DNA of 63,969 nucleotides, filler included, from Octopus bimaculoides (Eukaryota): the NCBI RefSeq assembly GCF_001194135.2. It is 7 parts of 5 records of this genome, joined end to end, with 100 filler letters (N's around TTAATTAATTAA, not from the genome) between each part and the next. Parts side by side here need not be neighbours in the genome. Positions count along the whole stretch, not along the records: positions 7,524 to 17,104 come from NC_069005.1; positions 17,205 to 24,428 come from NC_068986.1; 5 more parts are not named here. One strand, given 5' to 3'. Position numbers and translations under genes: made by a program. This document shows, piece after piece, positions 11,464-23,854 of the stretch. Below the pieces are notes generated by a model, which did no database searches, was not told the origin of the DNA, and worked only from the letters and a program-made list of their open reading frames with translations. Position 1 is the first letter of the stretch; every line of letters starts with the position of its first letter.

Positions 11464-12124
11464 TTAATGTGTTTCATTCTAAAGAAAGCTAACCCCTATT
11501 ATATTACTCTAGTCTCTACCATCTCTAAGTCAATGGTGACACCCTTGTTCAATGCACTGAATATCTCCCTCTCCTCAGTGACCATCACTACTGCTTATTC
11601 AGTGCCAGATCTAGTGGAAACCTTAGGTCACTCACCACTGACCTCTTAGAGAAGATCAATGTTGTTGCAGAGCTTTGACCACTTGACTATGTCCAACATA
11701 CAGATCCCTTTCTTGCCAATGGGATCAACTCCTCTTTTATCTCCTGGATTAGGGAAGTAGTAATGGAGAGAGTAACAGTGTTGACACTATTGGGGGAGGG
11801 AGTGTGGGAGGAACAACAACAACAACAACAACAACAACCTTCAGTGTGGTTGAACAACCAATTCCAATCATCTTGGATTCACAATATGGATTGTAAAATT
11901 TCACCTTTTGGTTGCTGGACACAAACATGGCTTGTGAGACTTCTGTTTGAGCAATTTTTTCCTGAGTCGTCGTCTCACCCTTGTATGCCAATCCATCTCA
12001 AGTTACCCTTTTACGGGTGAGTGGACTGGGGTAATGTGAAATGAAGTGTTTTGCTCAAGAAGGTAGGTAGATTAAGAGAGAGATAGGGAAATAGGTTGAT
12101 TGATTGATTTTTGACCATTGGATT

Positions 12125-12345
12125 AGTGGAGGTGTGTGGCTAAGTGGTTGGGTGTGGGACTCATGATTATAAGATTGTGGTTTCAATTCCTGGACCAGGT
12201 GATGCATTGTGTTCTTGAGCAAAACACTTCATTTCACATTGCTCCAGTCCACTCAACCAGCAAAAATAAGTTACCCTGTGATGGACTGGCGTCCTGTCCA
12301 AGTGGAGGATATACATGCCATGAAACTGGGAAACCAGCCCTTATG
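12125..12345 (+). mobile_element. tRNA-derived SINE (family C)
   Basis: tggctaagtggtt A-box, ggtttcaattcc B-box, ttcttgagcaaaacacttcatttcac; related copies at 13795-14115 (+), 14900-15130 (-), 60330-60660 (-). Confidence 0.8.
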
Positions 12346-12562
12346 AATTGGTATGAGTTGAGGAGATAAAGGAAAGAAAAAAAAACCAGAAAAAACAGCC
12401 TGGATTCACAGTATGGGTTCTGCAATTTGGCTTTTTGTTTGCTGAATACAAAACATGGCTTGCAAGACTTCTATTCAGGTGGGTTTTTTTTTTCCTAGCA
12501 ATTTACAGCTGAGAGGATTGGAGCAACATGAAATGAAGTGTTTTGTTCAAGAAAGGAGATAA

Positions 12563-12619
<57 letters not shown>

Positions 12620-12789
12620 TAGAATGACAAATATACAGATAGATAGACACTGACAGACAGGCAGGTAGATAGACAGGCAGACAGATAAACAGGTAGATAG
12701 ACAGACAGACAGACAGATAGATAGATAGACAAATAGATAAGACAGGCAGATAGATAGATAGATAGACAGATAGATAGATAGGTAGGGAC

Positions 12790-13710
12790 CAGCAATTTTA
12801 GGGAGAGCGAGGTTAGTTGATTACATCAACCCAGTACTAATCTGGTACTTATTTTATTGACCCTAAGGGGATGAAAGGCAAAGTTGACCTTAGTGACATT
12901 TAAACTCAGAATGTGAAGAGCACAAAGAAACGTCACTAAGCATTTTGTCTGAAGCACAAACAATTCTGCAAGCTCCCCCCACCCCACTTTAGTGATGACA
13001 GTAATTTATACTGTAGGCACGAGGCCTGAAATTTTGTGGGGAAAAGATATTCGATTTACGAGCCCGCCTCTTCCCCGTACTCATATGGTACATAAATTTA
13101 TTGACCCTGGAAGTATGAAAAGCAAAGTTGACTTCGGCGGCAGTTGAACACAAGAGCCATAAAGAACAAGAAGAAATGCTCTGAAGTATTTCGTCTGGTG
13201 TGCACCAAGGATTCTGCCAGCCTGGCGCTGCTTTCTAGAACAGATATTGCAAGGCATCAGGTCTGTTGGTTTTTACAGTTCTGCCAGTCTGTTGCTCTGG
13301 GATGGTAACATTCACAAAGTCTACCCTGTTGCAAGCATATGAGTCAAGTATCTGGATTGAGGAAACCTTTCTCACTCCCTCCCTCTCCCCTCTTTTCCCA
13401 TTAATCTTGAAGGCTCTCTCAAGGGTCATGGATGAACATTCCTCTTCGACCTCAGTGTCCACCACCTAAATCTTTGATTTCTTATTTCTTTATTGCCCAC
13501 AAGGGGCTAAACACAGAGGAGACAAACAAGGACAGACAAAGGGATTAAGTCGATTACATCGACCCAGTACACAATTGGTACTTAATTTATCGACCCTGAA
13601 AGGATGAAAGGCAGTCGACCTCAGTGGAATTTGAACTCAGAACGTAACGGCAGACAAAATACCACTAAGCATTTCGCCCGGCGTGCTAACGTTTCTACCA
13701 GCTCACCACT
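12790..13710 (-). mobile_element. Three copies of the abundant tRNA-derived SINE family A (12790-12985, 13005-13235, 13480-13710)
   Basis: Shared gatgaaaggcaaagtcgacctcggcggaatttgaactcagaacg core. Confidence 0.85.
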
Positions 13711-13794
13711 TCTTTGATTTCTGTTTCAGTTGGCTTTCTAAAACATCAAGCACTATTGATATGATCATCCACAGGCTGTAAGTTTAAACCTTTA

Positions 13795-14115
13795 CACCTC
13801 AGCGGTTAGAGCATCAGGCTCACAATCATGAGGTAGTGAGTTCGATTCCTGGACTGGGCCATGTTGTGTTCTTGAGCAAGACTTTTTATTTCACGTTGCT
13901 CCAGTTCACTCAGCTGTAGAAATGCGATGCGATATCACAGGTACCAAGCTGTATCGGCCTTTGCCTTTCCCTTGGATAACATCAGTGGCATGAAGTGGGG
14001 AAACTGGTATGCATGGGCAACTGCTGGTCTTCCATAAACAACCTTGCCCAGACTTGTGCCTCAGAGGAGAACTTTCTAGGTTCAATCCCATGGTCACTCA
14101 TGACCGAAGGGGGTC
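13795..14115 (+). mobile_element. tRNA-derived SINE (family C variant)
   Basis: agcggttagagc A-box, gagttcgattcc B-box, ttcttgagcaagac...ctccagttcactcagctg. Confidence 0.75.
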
Positions 14116-14676
14116 TTAAATGTAATTCTTATTTAGTTACATTGTTTTGAATTAATCATGCATTATCTCAATAACTTCAAGATCTTAGTGATGGGATTGT
14201 TTCCTTTTAGAATGACATTATAGGGCAGGTGTGAGAGGCCAGATCTGGCTGGCCAGTTTGAACTTAAAACAAGTAGAATATTTGGGCCAGATATGGTCAC
14301 TTCAAATGCTAAAGGATTAATATATAAACACACACACACCTAGTCTTTTATTGGTTTTGAAAATTGGACCATGACCACGCTTGGGTACCACTTTCAGGAC
14401 TTTTGATTTTAGTTGATTGTCTTAAGCATAGTGTTTGTCGGCCAATTGATTATTTTATCATTCTTGTGAGATACAAAGATGCTCTGTACTTTTTGCATAA
14501 TGGTAGATAACCTAATTGAATTGGACATGATGAATTCCACAAGAATTTGTATTCAATGACATGTCTTTGTTCACCTCATATTTACAAAACCAGTTAAAGA
14601 AGCACTGTCCTGGGGTCTTCTCAGAGAGATTGAACTCAGACTCCCTTGGCTGGGAAACAAATTCTTGACTACATGG

Positions 14677-14679
<3 letters not shown>

Positions 14680-14723
<44 letters not shown>

Positions 14724-14895
14724 CGCACACACACATGACAAGCTTCTTTCAGTTTCCATTTACCAAATCCACTCACGAAGCTTTGGTCGACCCGAGGCTA
14801 TAGTAGAAGACACTTGCCCACAGTGCCTTGCAGTGGGACTGAACCTGTAACCATGTGGTTGGGAAGCAACCTTCTTACCACACACCCATACCTGT
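14680..14895 (-). mobile_element. CORE-like SINE (family B)
   Basis: Reverse complement of the 3105-3340 family with (CA)n tail. Confidence 0.8.
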
Positions 14896-15159
14896 GGTGG
14901 ACTCCCCTGTTGAACAACCTGCACAGATGATTTGTGTATAGTGATCAAATGTATGTACTGTACATTAAATTGATGTCACCTGTACAGGTGTATTGTGTAC
15001 CACACATCAGGTGTCAAAGTGATTGCAGAGTAGCGTGGGATGAAGTGTTTTGCTCAAAAACACAATACACCACCCAATCTGGGAATTGAAACTGCGATCT
15101 TGTGATCATGAGCGCAACATCCTAATCAAGAGGCCAATAATAATAATAGTCCTTTCTAC

Positions 15160-15372
15160 TATAGGCACAAGGCTTGAAATTTTTTGGAGGGGAGGGGTTA
15201 AGTTGTTTACATCAGCACCAGTACTCAACTGGTACTTCTTTTGTTGACCCTAAAAAGATGAAAGGCAAAGTTGACCTCAGTGGAATTTGAACTCAGAATG
15301 TGAAGGCAGATGAGCTACCACTATGCATTTTGCCCAGTGTGCTCATGGTTCTGCCAGCTAGCTGCCTTTGCC

Positions 15373-15408
<36 letters not shown>

Positions 15409-15660
15409 TGTTATAATAATAAATCAATGTCCACTTTCCATGCTATGTTTACATGGGTTTTGGTAGAGTTTCTTGAGACTGATTTTCTACAGCCAAATGC
15501 CCTTCATGTTCACAGCCGTCACCTGTATCCAAGCAAGGTAATATTTCCCAATGGTCAGAATGTTTTTCACAGAAGACTGGAAATGAATGAATGACCTCAC
15601 TTGTATGATGGTAATGCTCATATACGACTCTCTTGTGATGTTAAGACAATGGTACACACA
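15160..15660 (-). mobile_element. SINE family A (15160-15375) and family D (15410-15660) copies separated by (AAT)n
   Basis: Similarity to other in-window copies. Confidence 0.7.
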
Positions 15661-16919
15661 TACACATATATGCATCTATAAAAAAAATAGAAAAAAAAAA
15701 CAGCTCAAAACATCACTACAATAGGACTTCAATAATATGGTTACTCATTTAACTGTGCTGTGTATATTACATAATATTACATATTTCTGCATTATTGCAT
15801 AACCATACCATTTCATCAGGTGATATTCAGCCTTCAATCAGAAAAACACAGAGAAGCAAGATTTCTAAGAAATACAGATTTTCCAATATGGGAAGGGGAT
15901 ATTAAGGTGTGCAGCCAATCAAAATATCACATTTGGAAAGGCAATGAAATTAATGAAAGTGTGTGCCAGAAAATAATAGCTAAAAGACTGTCTCACTTTT
16001 TAGATGGCTTCTATGCCTAAAATTTGATGAGAGACTATATCCTGCAATAAATAATTCATCTGTTATGAAAATCTTGCAGATTGGCTTAAGCATCTGGCTG
16101 TACAAAACTTACCTCAATAAATTCTATTTGATCCCTATCCAAGCAGACATGGAAAAGTGAATGTTAAAATGATAATGATGTACATATGTATGTATGCACG
16201 TGCATGTGTATGCAATAATAATAATAATTAAGTAGAAAATAGGCATGGTATTCTGTGCTTTAAAGGACATACACGCATTTCAGCAAAATGCAAACGTAAT
16301 TACAGAAAATAAGTTATAGAAACATTACGCAAGCTTGCACTCACCTCATCAGTGTTCCACAATGAATACAGCAACAGATGTTATAGCTCCTTTTCCCCAT
16401 TATGCAAATTATCAACCTTACATGTCACACAGGAGACAGATAAAGCAACATATCATGAATGTCCAGACTATGCTATGCCGCTTTCAAATCCAAATAGATG
16501 CAATCAGAGAGAGAAAGCGAGAGAAAGAGAAAATAAAAATAAAGCAAAATCAAATAAATAAAAATCAGAATATAAATAAAAAAAGGAAGAAGAACACTGA
16601 CCAAAGGGATAGCAGATGGTCATCAGTCGTGGGATCTGAATTAGCTAAGGGCAGCTGTAAATGAAAGGGGTAGGAAATTTCTTTTGGAAGAGGTATAAGC
16701 AGACGAGACATAAGACACACACACCAACTCATGCACATATGCATGTACACACACACACAAATACATATACCTATAAACATACAAACACTCATACATAAAT
16801 ACAAAAAAGTGGTGTCCGAGCATGGCTGCAATCTAATGACCGAAACAAAAGATTTAAGATATATACATACATATCCATATATATATATACACGCCATGCT
16901 TGACTGCTAAATCTACAAG

Positions 16920-17095
16920 TTTTTCTTTATTCTTTCTCTGTTTATTATCTCTTATTCCTTTCTGTTGAAGAGCGTAGGCTTGAAATATAAAAGACTTTTT
17001 CATTTTCCCCAAGTGTCAAACTAATACACCTGTTTGTTGTTTATACACCTGTCTTCATCTTTTGTTTATCTATAAATTTCAACTATATATACACA
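16920..17095 (+). mobile_element. Penelope-type 3' end (hammerhead family 2) with (TA)n tail
   Basis: ccttt-CTGTTGA-a-GAGC/GCTT-GAAA-TAT-A-aaaga at ~16957-16995; homologous to the reverse complement of 39625-39760; terminal stub at 7845-7870. Confidence 0.65.
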
Positions 17096-17699
17096 CACAT
17101 GTATNNNNNNNNNNNNNNNNNNNNNNNNNNNNNNNNNNNNNNNNNNNNTTAATTAATTAANNNNNNNNNNNNNNNNNNNNNNNNNNNNNNNNNNNNNNNN
17201 NNNNCCGATCTCGTGTGTGTGTGTGTTGTGTGTTGTGTGTATCTGTCTGTCTGTCTGTCTGTGAGTGTATGCGTGCGTGCGTAAGTGCGAGAGAGATGGA
17301 GATGGTAAAAGAAAGAGAGGTGGATTTAGAAGAGAAAGTAGGAGTTTATGTGTGTGACTGAATTCTTTGCCTAAAGTCTGTTTTCTTTTACGTGCACAGC
17401 GAGGTGAATAGCAGAATTGGTAGCGCACCGAGCAAAAATATCTTGTAATATTTAACTTGTAACATTTCACGTATCACGTTCGAATCTCGTTGAAACCAAC
17501 TTTTCCATTAATATGAAGGGTCCTTAAAATAAGGTAACAGTCATGTCTGGTATAATTGACGGATTCCTTCCCCAAAATTCTTTGTCGTTGTGTGGGTGCT
17601 GTTGTTGCAGTAACTGCAGCACTACAACAGTAGCCTTTAGACTGTTAGAACTTCTGTTACCACGTTATTGCTGTCTCAGTTATTCTAATACAGCAACTG

Positions 17700-17950
17700 C
17701 TATTATTTCACCGCAATAACCACTACAAACTCTTGCCTATACTATAGTACAAGCACTACTACCACCATACGTTTGCAGCTACCAACAACAATACTACTAC
17801 CGCTACCACACCACTCCAACACCTACCACAACACTATTCCAGCCCACACACCAATTCAACAACTACCACGGCAACACAACTACAACTACTACTACTATTA
17901 CTACTACTACTACTACTACTTCTACTACTGTTACAACTATTACTATTACG

Positions 17951-17982
<32 letters not shown>

Positions 17983-20330
17983 GACTACTACTACTACTTC
18001 AACTACTACTACTACCAACACCAGTACATCGCCACTTCAACAACTACCAGCAACACTACAGCTTCCGTTGCATCACTTCCACAAATACTACAGCAGTACT
18101 ATAACCGTCACAACACCACTTCGATAACTACCACAACACTACAACTTCATTCACATCACTACCACAACCAATACAGCAACTCTACACCCTTATTACTGCC
18201 GTCACAACACCACTTCAACTGCTACCATAACACTGCATCTTCCATCGCATCCTTCGGCAAACACAACTGTACTACAACCGCCACAACGCCATTTCGATAA
18301 CCACCTACACAATACCACAATATTTACCATACTACAACTACCACCATGCTACTACAGCAACAACTACCACCAAACCACTATGGCCCCCACTTCACTACTA
18401 CAGCTACTACTACATCACTGCATCAACAACTAGCACCATGCCACTATAGCCTACACTACAGCAACAGGTACCACCAAACTTCTACTAGACCCACAGATAC
18501 ACCATTACAGCAGCAATAACCACCATACAACTATAGCCTCTACTACATCACGACGCTACTTCAACAATAACTATCACTATACCATTACAGCCTCTACTAT
18601 ACCACTATAAACGACGATCACCACACACCACAGCAACATCTACTACACTGCAACAGCAGCAACAATTACCACATACTACTAGAACCGATACTACACCACT
18701 ACAGACGACAACCACCACAAACCACTACAACCTCTACTTCACTGCAACAGAAGCAACAACCACCACATACAACTAGAACCGCTGCTACATCACTACAAAC
18801 AGCGACTACAACACACCACTACAACCTCTACTGCTCTGCCACAACAACAGCCACCACATACTACTACAACCGCTACTACACCACTACAAAGGACAACAAC
18901 CACACACCGCTGCAACCGCTACTCCACTGCAATAACAACAACCACATGCAACTACAACCTCTACTACAGCACTACAAAGGACAACCACCACAAACCACTG
19001 CAACTGAACTAACAATCACCATATACGACTACAACCGCTACTACTCCACCACAGACAACAACAACCACACAGCACTGCAACCTGTACTGCACTGCAAAAA
19101 CAATAACAACAAAAGCTACCACTTACACCTACAACCGCTACTACTCCACCACAAACGACAACGACCATACACTACTGCAACCGCTACTGCACTGCAACAG
19201 CAACCAGATACTACTACAACCGCTACTACACCATTACAAACGACAACAGTGACAAATCACTACAACTTCTACTGCACTGCAACAGAAGCAACAACCAGCA
19301 CATACTACTAGAACCGCTACTACTCCACCACAGACAATAACCACCACACGGCACTGCAGCCTCTACTGCATTGCAACAGCAACAACAACCACCACATACT
19401 ACTACAACCGCTACTACACCATTACAAACGACAACAGCCACAAATCACTACAACTTCTACTGCACTGCAACAGAAGCAACAACAACCACATACAACTTCA
19501 TCTTCTACTACAGCACTACAACTATACACCACTATCAAGATATATGACAGCATACACTAATGCAGTGTCGACTGCACTACCATTTCATATAGCACTACAT
19601 CACATTACGTCACCACCACCACCACAACAACAACAACAACAACAAGAACCAGAACATCTCTAGAGACAACCATCAAGCCACCACACAGTGGAATCTTTAT
19701 GCAGTCGCTTGATCTGCTAGAAATAGCTGTCAGATTACTTCAAATCACACCCTACTGTCTTAAACAGGAAGGACATTTTAGATAACGTAGTCCTAAATAG
19801 ATAATAAAAAAAAAATAGACGGGGCTGGCAAGGCATGATTGTCTTTGATCATAGGTCTTGTTTAACAGGGTGGCCTAGGGATAAACAACAGCCACGCTAG
19901 TACTACTACTGCAGCTCCTGCTACTACTACTACTACTACTACGACTACTTCCCCCACAACTACTACTACCACTACTGCTACTAGTACTTCTGCTGCTACT
20001 TCTCTACTACAACTTATACTCCAAGAGCCACTACAGCACTGAAATAACCACTACCAACAACACTACATCCTAAACCGTACCACATCAACACTATTACAAT
20101 CTCTGCTACAACTGCTATTAGACCACCGTAGCAATGAACTTCACCACTTTACAACTACATCATAGAGCGCACCACTGTGCTAACAACCACCACCACTTGA
20201 CCATTATATGCTACACCACCCCACTACAATCACTACTACATCCTGCACCACTACCTACACTATATCACCACTACATGCTATCACGATACCACCCTGATCA
20301 CCACTATGTCCTATACCACCGCAGTATGCT
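17700..20330 (+). repeat. ACT/ACA/ACC-rich low-complexity tract containing a ~94-bp minisatellite (18600-19495)
   Basis: aaccgct anchors at 18683, 18777, 18868, 19033, 19133, 19218, 19312, 19406; no continuous ORF. Confidence 0.85.
19685..19890 (+). mobile_element. SINE 3' fragment inserted in the low-complexity tract
   Basis: ctagaaatagc...aaatcacaccctactgtctta...ctagggataaacaac; related reversed, decayed copy near 31190-31320. Confidence 0.5.
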
Positions 20331-21588
20331 GACCCGAAGTGCAAACATTACAAACAGCAACGTTTGGAACGAGATTCTTTTTTTTCCTTTTTTTTGTCAC
20401 ATGGTAGTTTGTTTTGTTTGTTTGTTTTTTTGTTTTTTTCCTTTAAGGAGGGAAAACAATGTCCTTCATTCTTTAAAGTTGAGTGGGAGTGAGAGAGAAG
20501 GGAGGAAGAAGAAATAGTAGAGTTCGCTAAAAGTACCCAAAGTGCTTACTAGTCGATGGCGTTAAATCGGGTGATCTGTTAAGTCTATCAGCCCATGTAG
20601 GCTAGGGCCAGATTTGAACTCTGAACGCAATGAACCGGAACAAATCCCGCAATGAATCTGCCCTGGTTCTCTTACAGTTTCGCCAATCCAAACCGCAGGG
20701 TTTAATTATTGTTTTATCGAGCCCCGAAAGGGTTAAAAGAAAGGTTGGCCTCAGTGGTATTTCAACACAGAACGGATGCAACGAGAGCAAGAAATGTAAG
20801 GTTTTCTATTATCCTACCCAACACTCCAATACCTCTGTCAGTCCATCGTCTTTGCTTATGTAAATGTTTGATTTCATTTATATAACAGTCTTCGCAGCCA
20901 CATTATATATCTATATAAACGTTCAGTTCAAAACATGGTTCAGGGTTCGATTCTATTTTCTGCTTGGACAGCTTGAGCATGTACCCACGACTGTTGGGAC
21001 TGTTGGGACCAGTGTTGACTAATGCCATGTAAATAGCATTTGGTAGATGTAATAGTGCAGAAACCCGTCATATATATATATATATATATATATATNNNNN
21101 NNNNNNNNNNNNNNNNNNNNNNNNNNNNNNNNNNNNNNNNNNNNNNNNNNNNNNNNNNNNNNNNNNNNNNNNNNNNNNNNNNNNNNNNNNNNNNNNNNNN
21201 NNNNNNNNNNNNNNNNNNNNNNNNNNNNNNNNNNNNNNNNNNNNNNNNNNNNNNNNNNNNNNNNNNNNNNNNNNNNNNNNNNNNNNNNNNNNNNNNNNNN
21301 NNNNNNNNNNNNNNNNNNNNNNNNNNNNNNNNNNNNNNNNNNNNNNNNNNNNNNNNNNNNNNNNNNNNNNNNNNNNNNNNNNNNNNNNNNNNNNNNNNNN
21401 NNNNNNNNNNNNNNNNNNNNNNNNNNNNNNNNNNNNNNNNNNNNNNNNNNNNNNNNNNNNNNNNNNNNNNNNNNNNNNNNNNNNNNNNNNNNNNNNNNNN
21501 NNNNNNNNNNNNNNNNNNNNNNNNNNNNNNNNNNNNNNNNNNNNNNNNNNNNNNNNNNNNNNNNNNNNNNNNNNNNNNNNNNNNNNNN

Positions 21589-21636
<48 letters not shown>

Positions 21637-21651
21637 TATAGATAGATAGAC

Positions 21652-21690
<39 letters not shown>

Positions 21691-21879
21691 CTCCGTCGAC
21701 GATAAGAAACAGACGTTCGACCAAATGAATCAACAAGTAACTAAATCAGCGCACAAGTCGCTAGGCATTCTACAGAAATGTACTTTTAAAGCAATCCTCA
21801 AGCAGAATCAGCGTGATAAGAGTCTGTGACTAGGCGAAACGAACTTGTTAACCTCTCTACCTTCACATACATATATTAT

Positions 21880-23560
21880 ATGTTCTCTTCTGTTTTTAAT
21901 CACTCCAATTCTTCCTCTGACGAAGGAGCTGGTTCCTAACAAGATATAAAGCTCCATCACTGGAATGTAGATAACGAAAACAGTGTCACATTTTAAGCTT
22001 AAGTCTTGCATATTTTTATTGTTTCACTTTCAGGTTGTATTTGTAATGAGTGAGTTGGGGTTTTTTTGTTTTGTTTTTTCATGAAAATCCAACCTTATCC
22101 ACGCTGTCATGCATTTACTCATAAAAGGTATAAATGTAAATTTGTGATCTGGATATGTATATATGTTCATGGCGTTCCCACATTCCTGAGCCTGTAAGCC
22201 ATATCGGCTCTGAATGTCTTGCCCTGGTTTATCTCTGGATCATGTCAATAGGGTGGAGAGGATCTCTTAGGTACAACACCTATTACACCTAAAAATTTTA
22301 CGTTGTGCAATCGCCGGCGAGGCGACTTTCCGATGTCCGATGTAAGAGGGCGCTGTGACGAGCATGGACGCCGAGGGTGCGAACGCAAATGAAGCCCACC
22401 GTGGTTGCAATAACTTTAAGCACAGACATTTTGCTTGGGTAATAGTCAGTGATTATCTTCATCGGTCACGAGTGAACAGCCATCATGTATGTATGTATGT
22501 ACGTATGTATGCATGTGTCTCTTCTATTTTTTAATTATTATAAATCTTCCAGTGAAGAAGGAACCAGTTTCCAACAAAGATACAAGGCTCCATCTTTGGG
22601 ATGTAGTTAACACAGACAAATTCACATTTGGAACTTGAGAAACGTCTTGCATATTTTTACTGTTCCACTCACGGATTGGACTTGTAATGTACGAATCAGC
22701 CGGTCAATTTCTCTTTCTGAAAATCTCAGTTTATCCAGATTCTCCTTTAAGCATTTACTAACAAAACCAAATGCTCCAATTATTATTGGTATGAATATGA
22801 ATTCATAGTCTGGATATAGAAGCTGGAGGTTTCGAAGCAGTTGTCCATAGATATCCTCTTTTTCTTTGATTTTCAAAGAGATTTTTACATCTGCAGGGCA
22901 GCTAACTTCTATGATGATACATACCTTTGCCCCTCTGTCCTAAACAACAATATGTATGTACATATGTACGTATGTATTTATGCATATATGTATTTATGTA
23001 TGTAAATATGAATTTATGTTTATGAAGAATGTATGCGTGTATGATTTCTTTTTCTATTTATAATTTAAAGTTAATTTTGACTGGCTACCTACTTGGTAGC
23101 AAGGTTGTTAAGAAAAAGCATCCTGTTTCGTTCATTATCTTTTAACTCATAAGAAGGTCTTGCAAATTGTTATAGTCCCAGATACCGTAATCATTTGTAG
23201 TATATGAATTAAGGAGTTGCATTCTCTCCCTAAGAATCCAAGTTCAACCATATTTCATTCTAGGCGGGTTGGTACGTAAACCATTGCTCCAATAATAATG
23301 GGTATGAAGCTGAGATTGTATCTTGGGTACTCCTTATCAGTAATCCGTAGATGTCTTCTTTCTCCTATATTTTTCTGACGACATTGATGTTTAGAGGGCA
23401 ACTGATATCCACAACAGAGCAAATCTTTTTTCTTGTGATCGCACACAAAGTATCCGTCCGGTTGTATTTTAACTTGGAACTTAATTTTTAAGCTCTACTA
23501 ATATCCTTTTGACTCATCGGTCTCAATACAGTCAATTTGGTCGGTTGGTGTTTTCTTTTT
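21880..23560 (-). mobile_element. Three 3' fragments of restriction-like-endonuclease non-LTR retrotransposons (21880-22030, 22530-22940, 23100-23560)
   Basis: KEKEDIYGQLLRNLQLLYPDYEFIFIPIIIGAFGFV...GTVKICKTFL and PDGYFVCDHKKK..VVDISCP (PD..D-type REL motif). Confidence 0.75.
22170..22515 (+). repeat. Unclassified CpG-rich segment ending in (ATGT)n, probable retroposon 3' end
   Basis: GC/CpG-rich relative to flanks; ends ...gaacagccatc(atgt)n; single copy in window. Confidence 0.35.
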
Positions 23561-23638
23561 GGCTTATCCTGTTCCAGACTGTTCTTACCACCGTATCATG
23601 CATCATGGGAAGATAAAATATCTGGAAGTCATACTCAC

Positions 23639-23854
23639 GTTCCATATTTTAGAGATGAGGAATTCTATACATTATTTACATTATTTACATTGCATGGATC
23701 TGTGTCCTCATCTTATTTGTTGTTACCACAACGTTGCGGCTGATTTACTCTCCAACTTTCATCAGGTGTCCTGGTAGAATTTTGAACCCAACCCTGGGTA
23801 AATAACATCAGCAAAAAATACCTTAGGGATGAGAACCCAGGGTTGGGTTCAAAA
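23639..23854 (-). mobile_element. Second, 5'-truncated copy of hammerhead family 1 with an inverted segment
   Basis: gacac-CTGATGA...CAGCC-GCAAC-GT-T at 23725-23770; perfect 20-bp inverted repeat 23780-23799 / 23835-23854. Confidence 0.8.

Noticed and set aside
17773-20517. Thr/Tyr-rich mucin-like ORFs
   Set aside because: Frames switch repeatedly and the repeat unit is 94 bp; better explained as a minisatellite
21915-21945. CTGACGA-aGGA...TCC hammerhead-like start (also ~22548)
   Set aside because: No GAAA box or stem I, and antisense to the LINE 3' UTR it lies in; probably an ordinary hairpin
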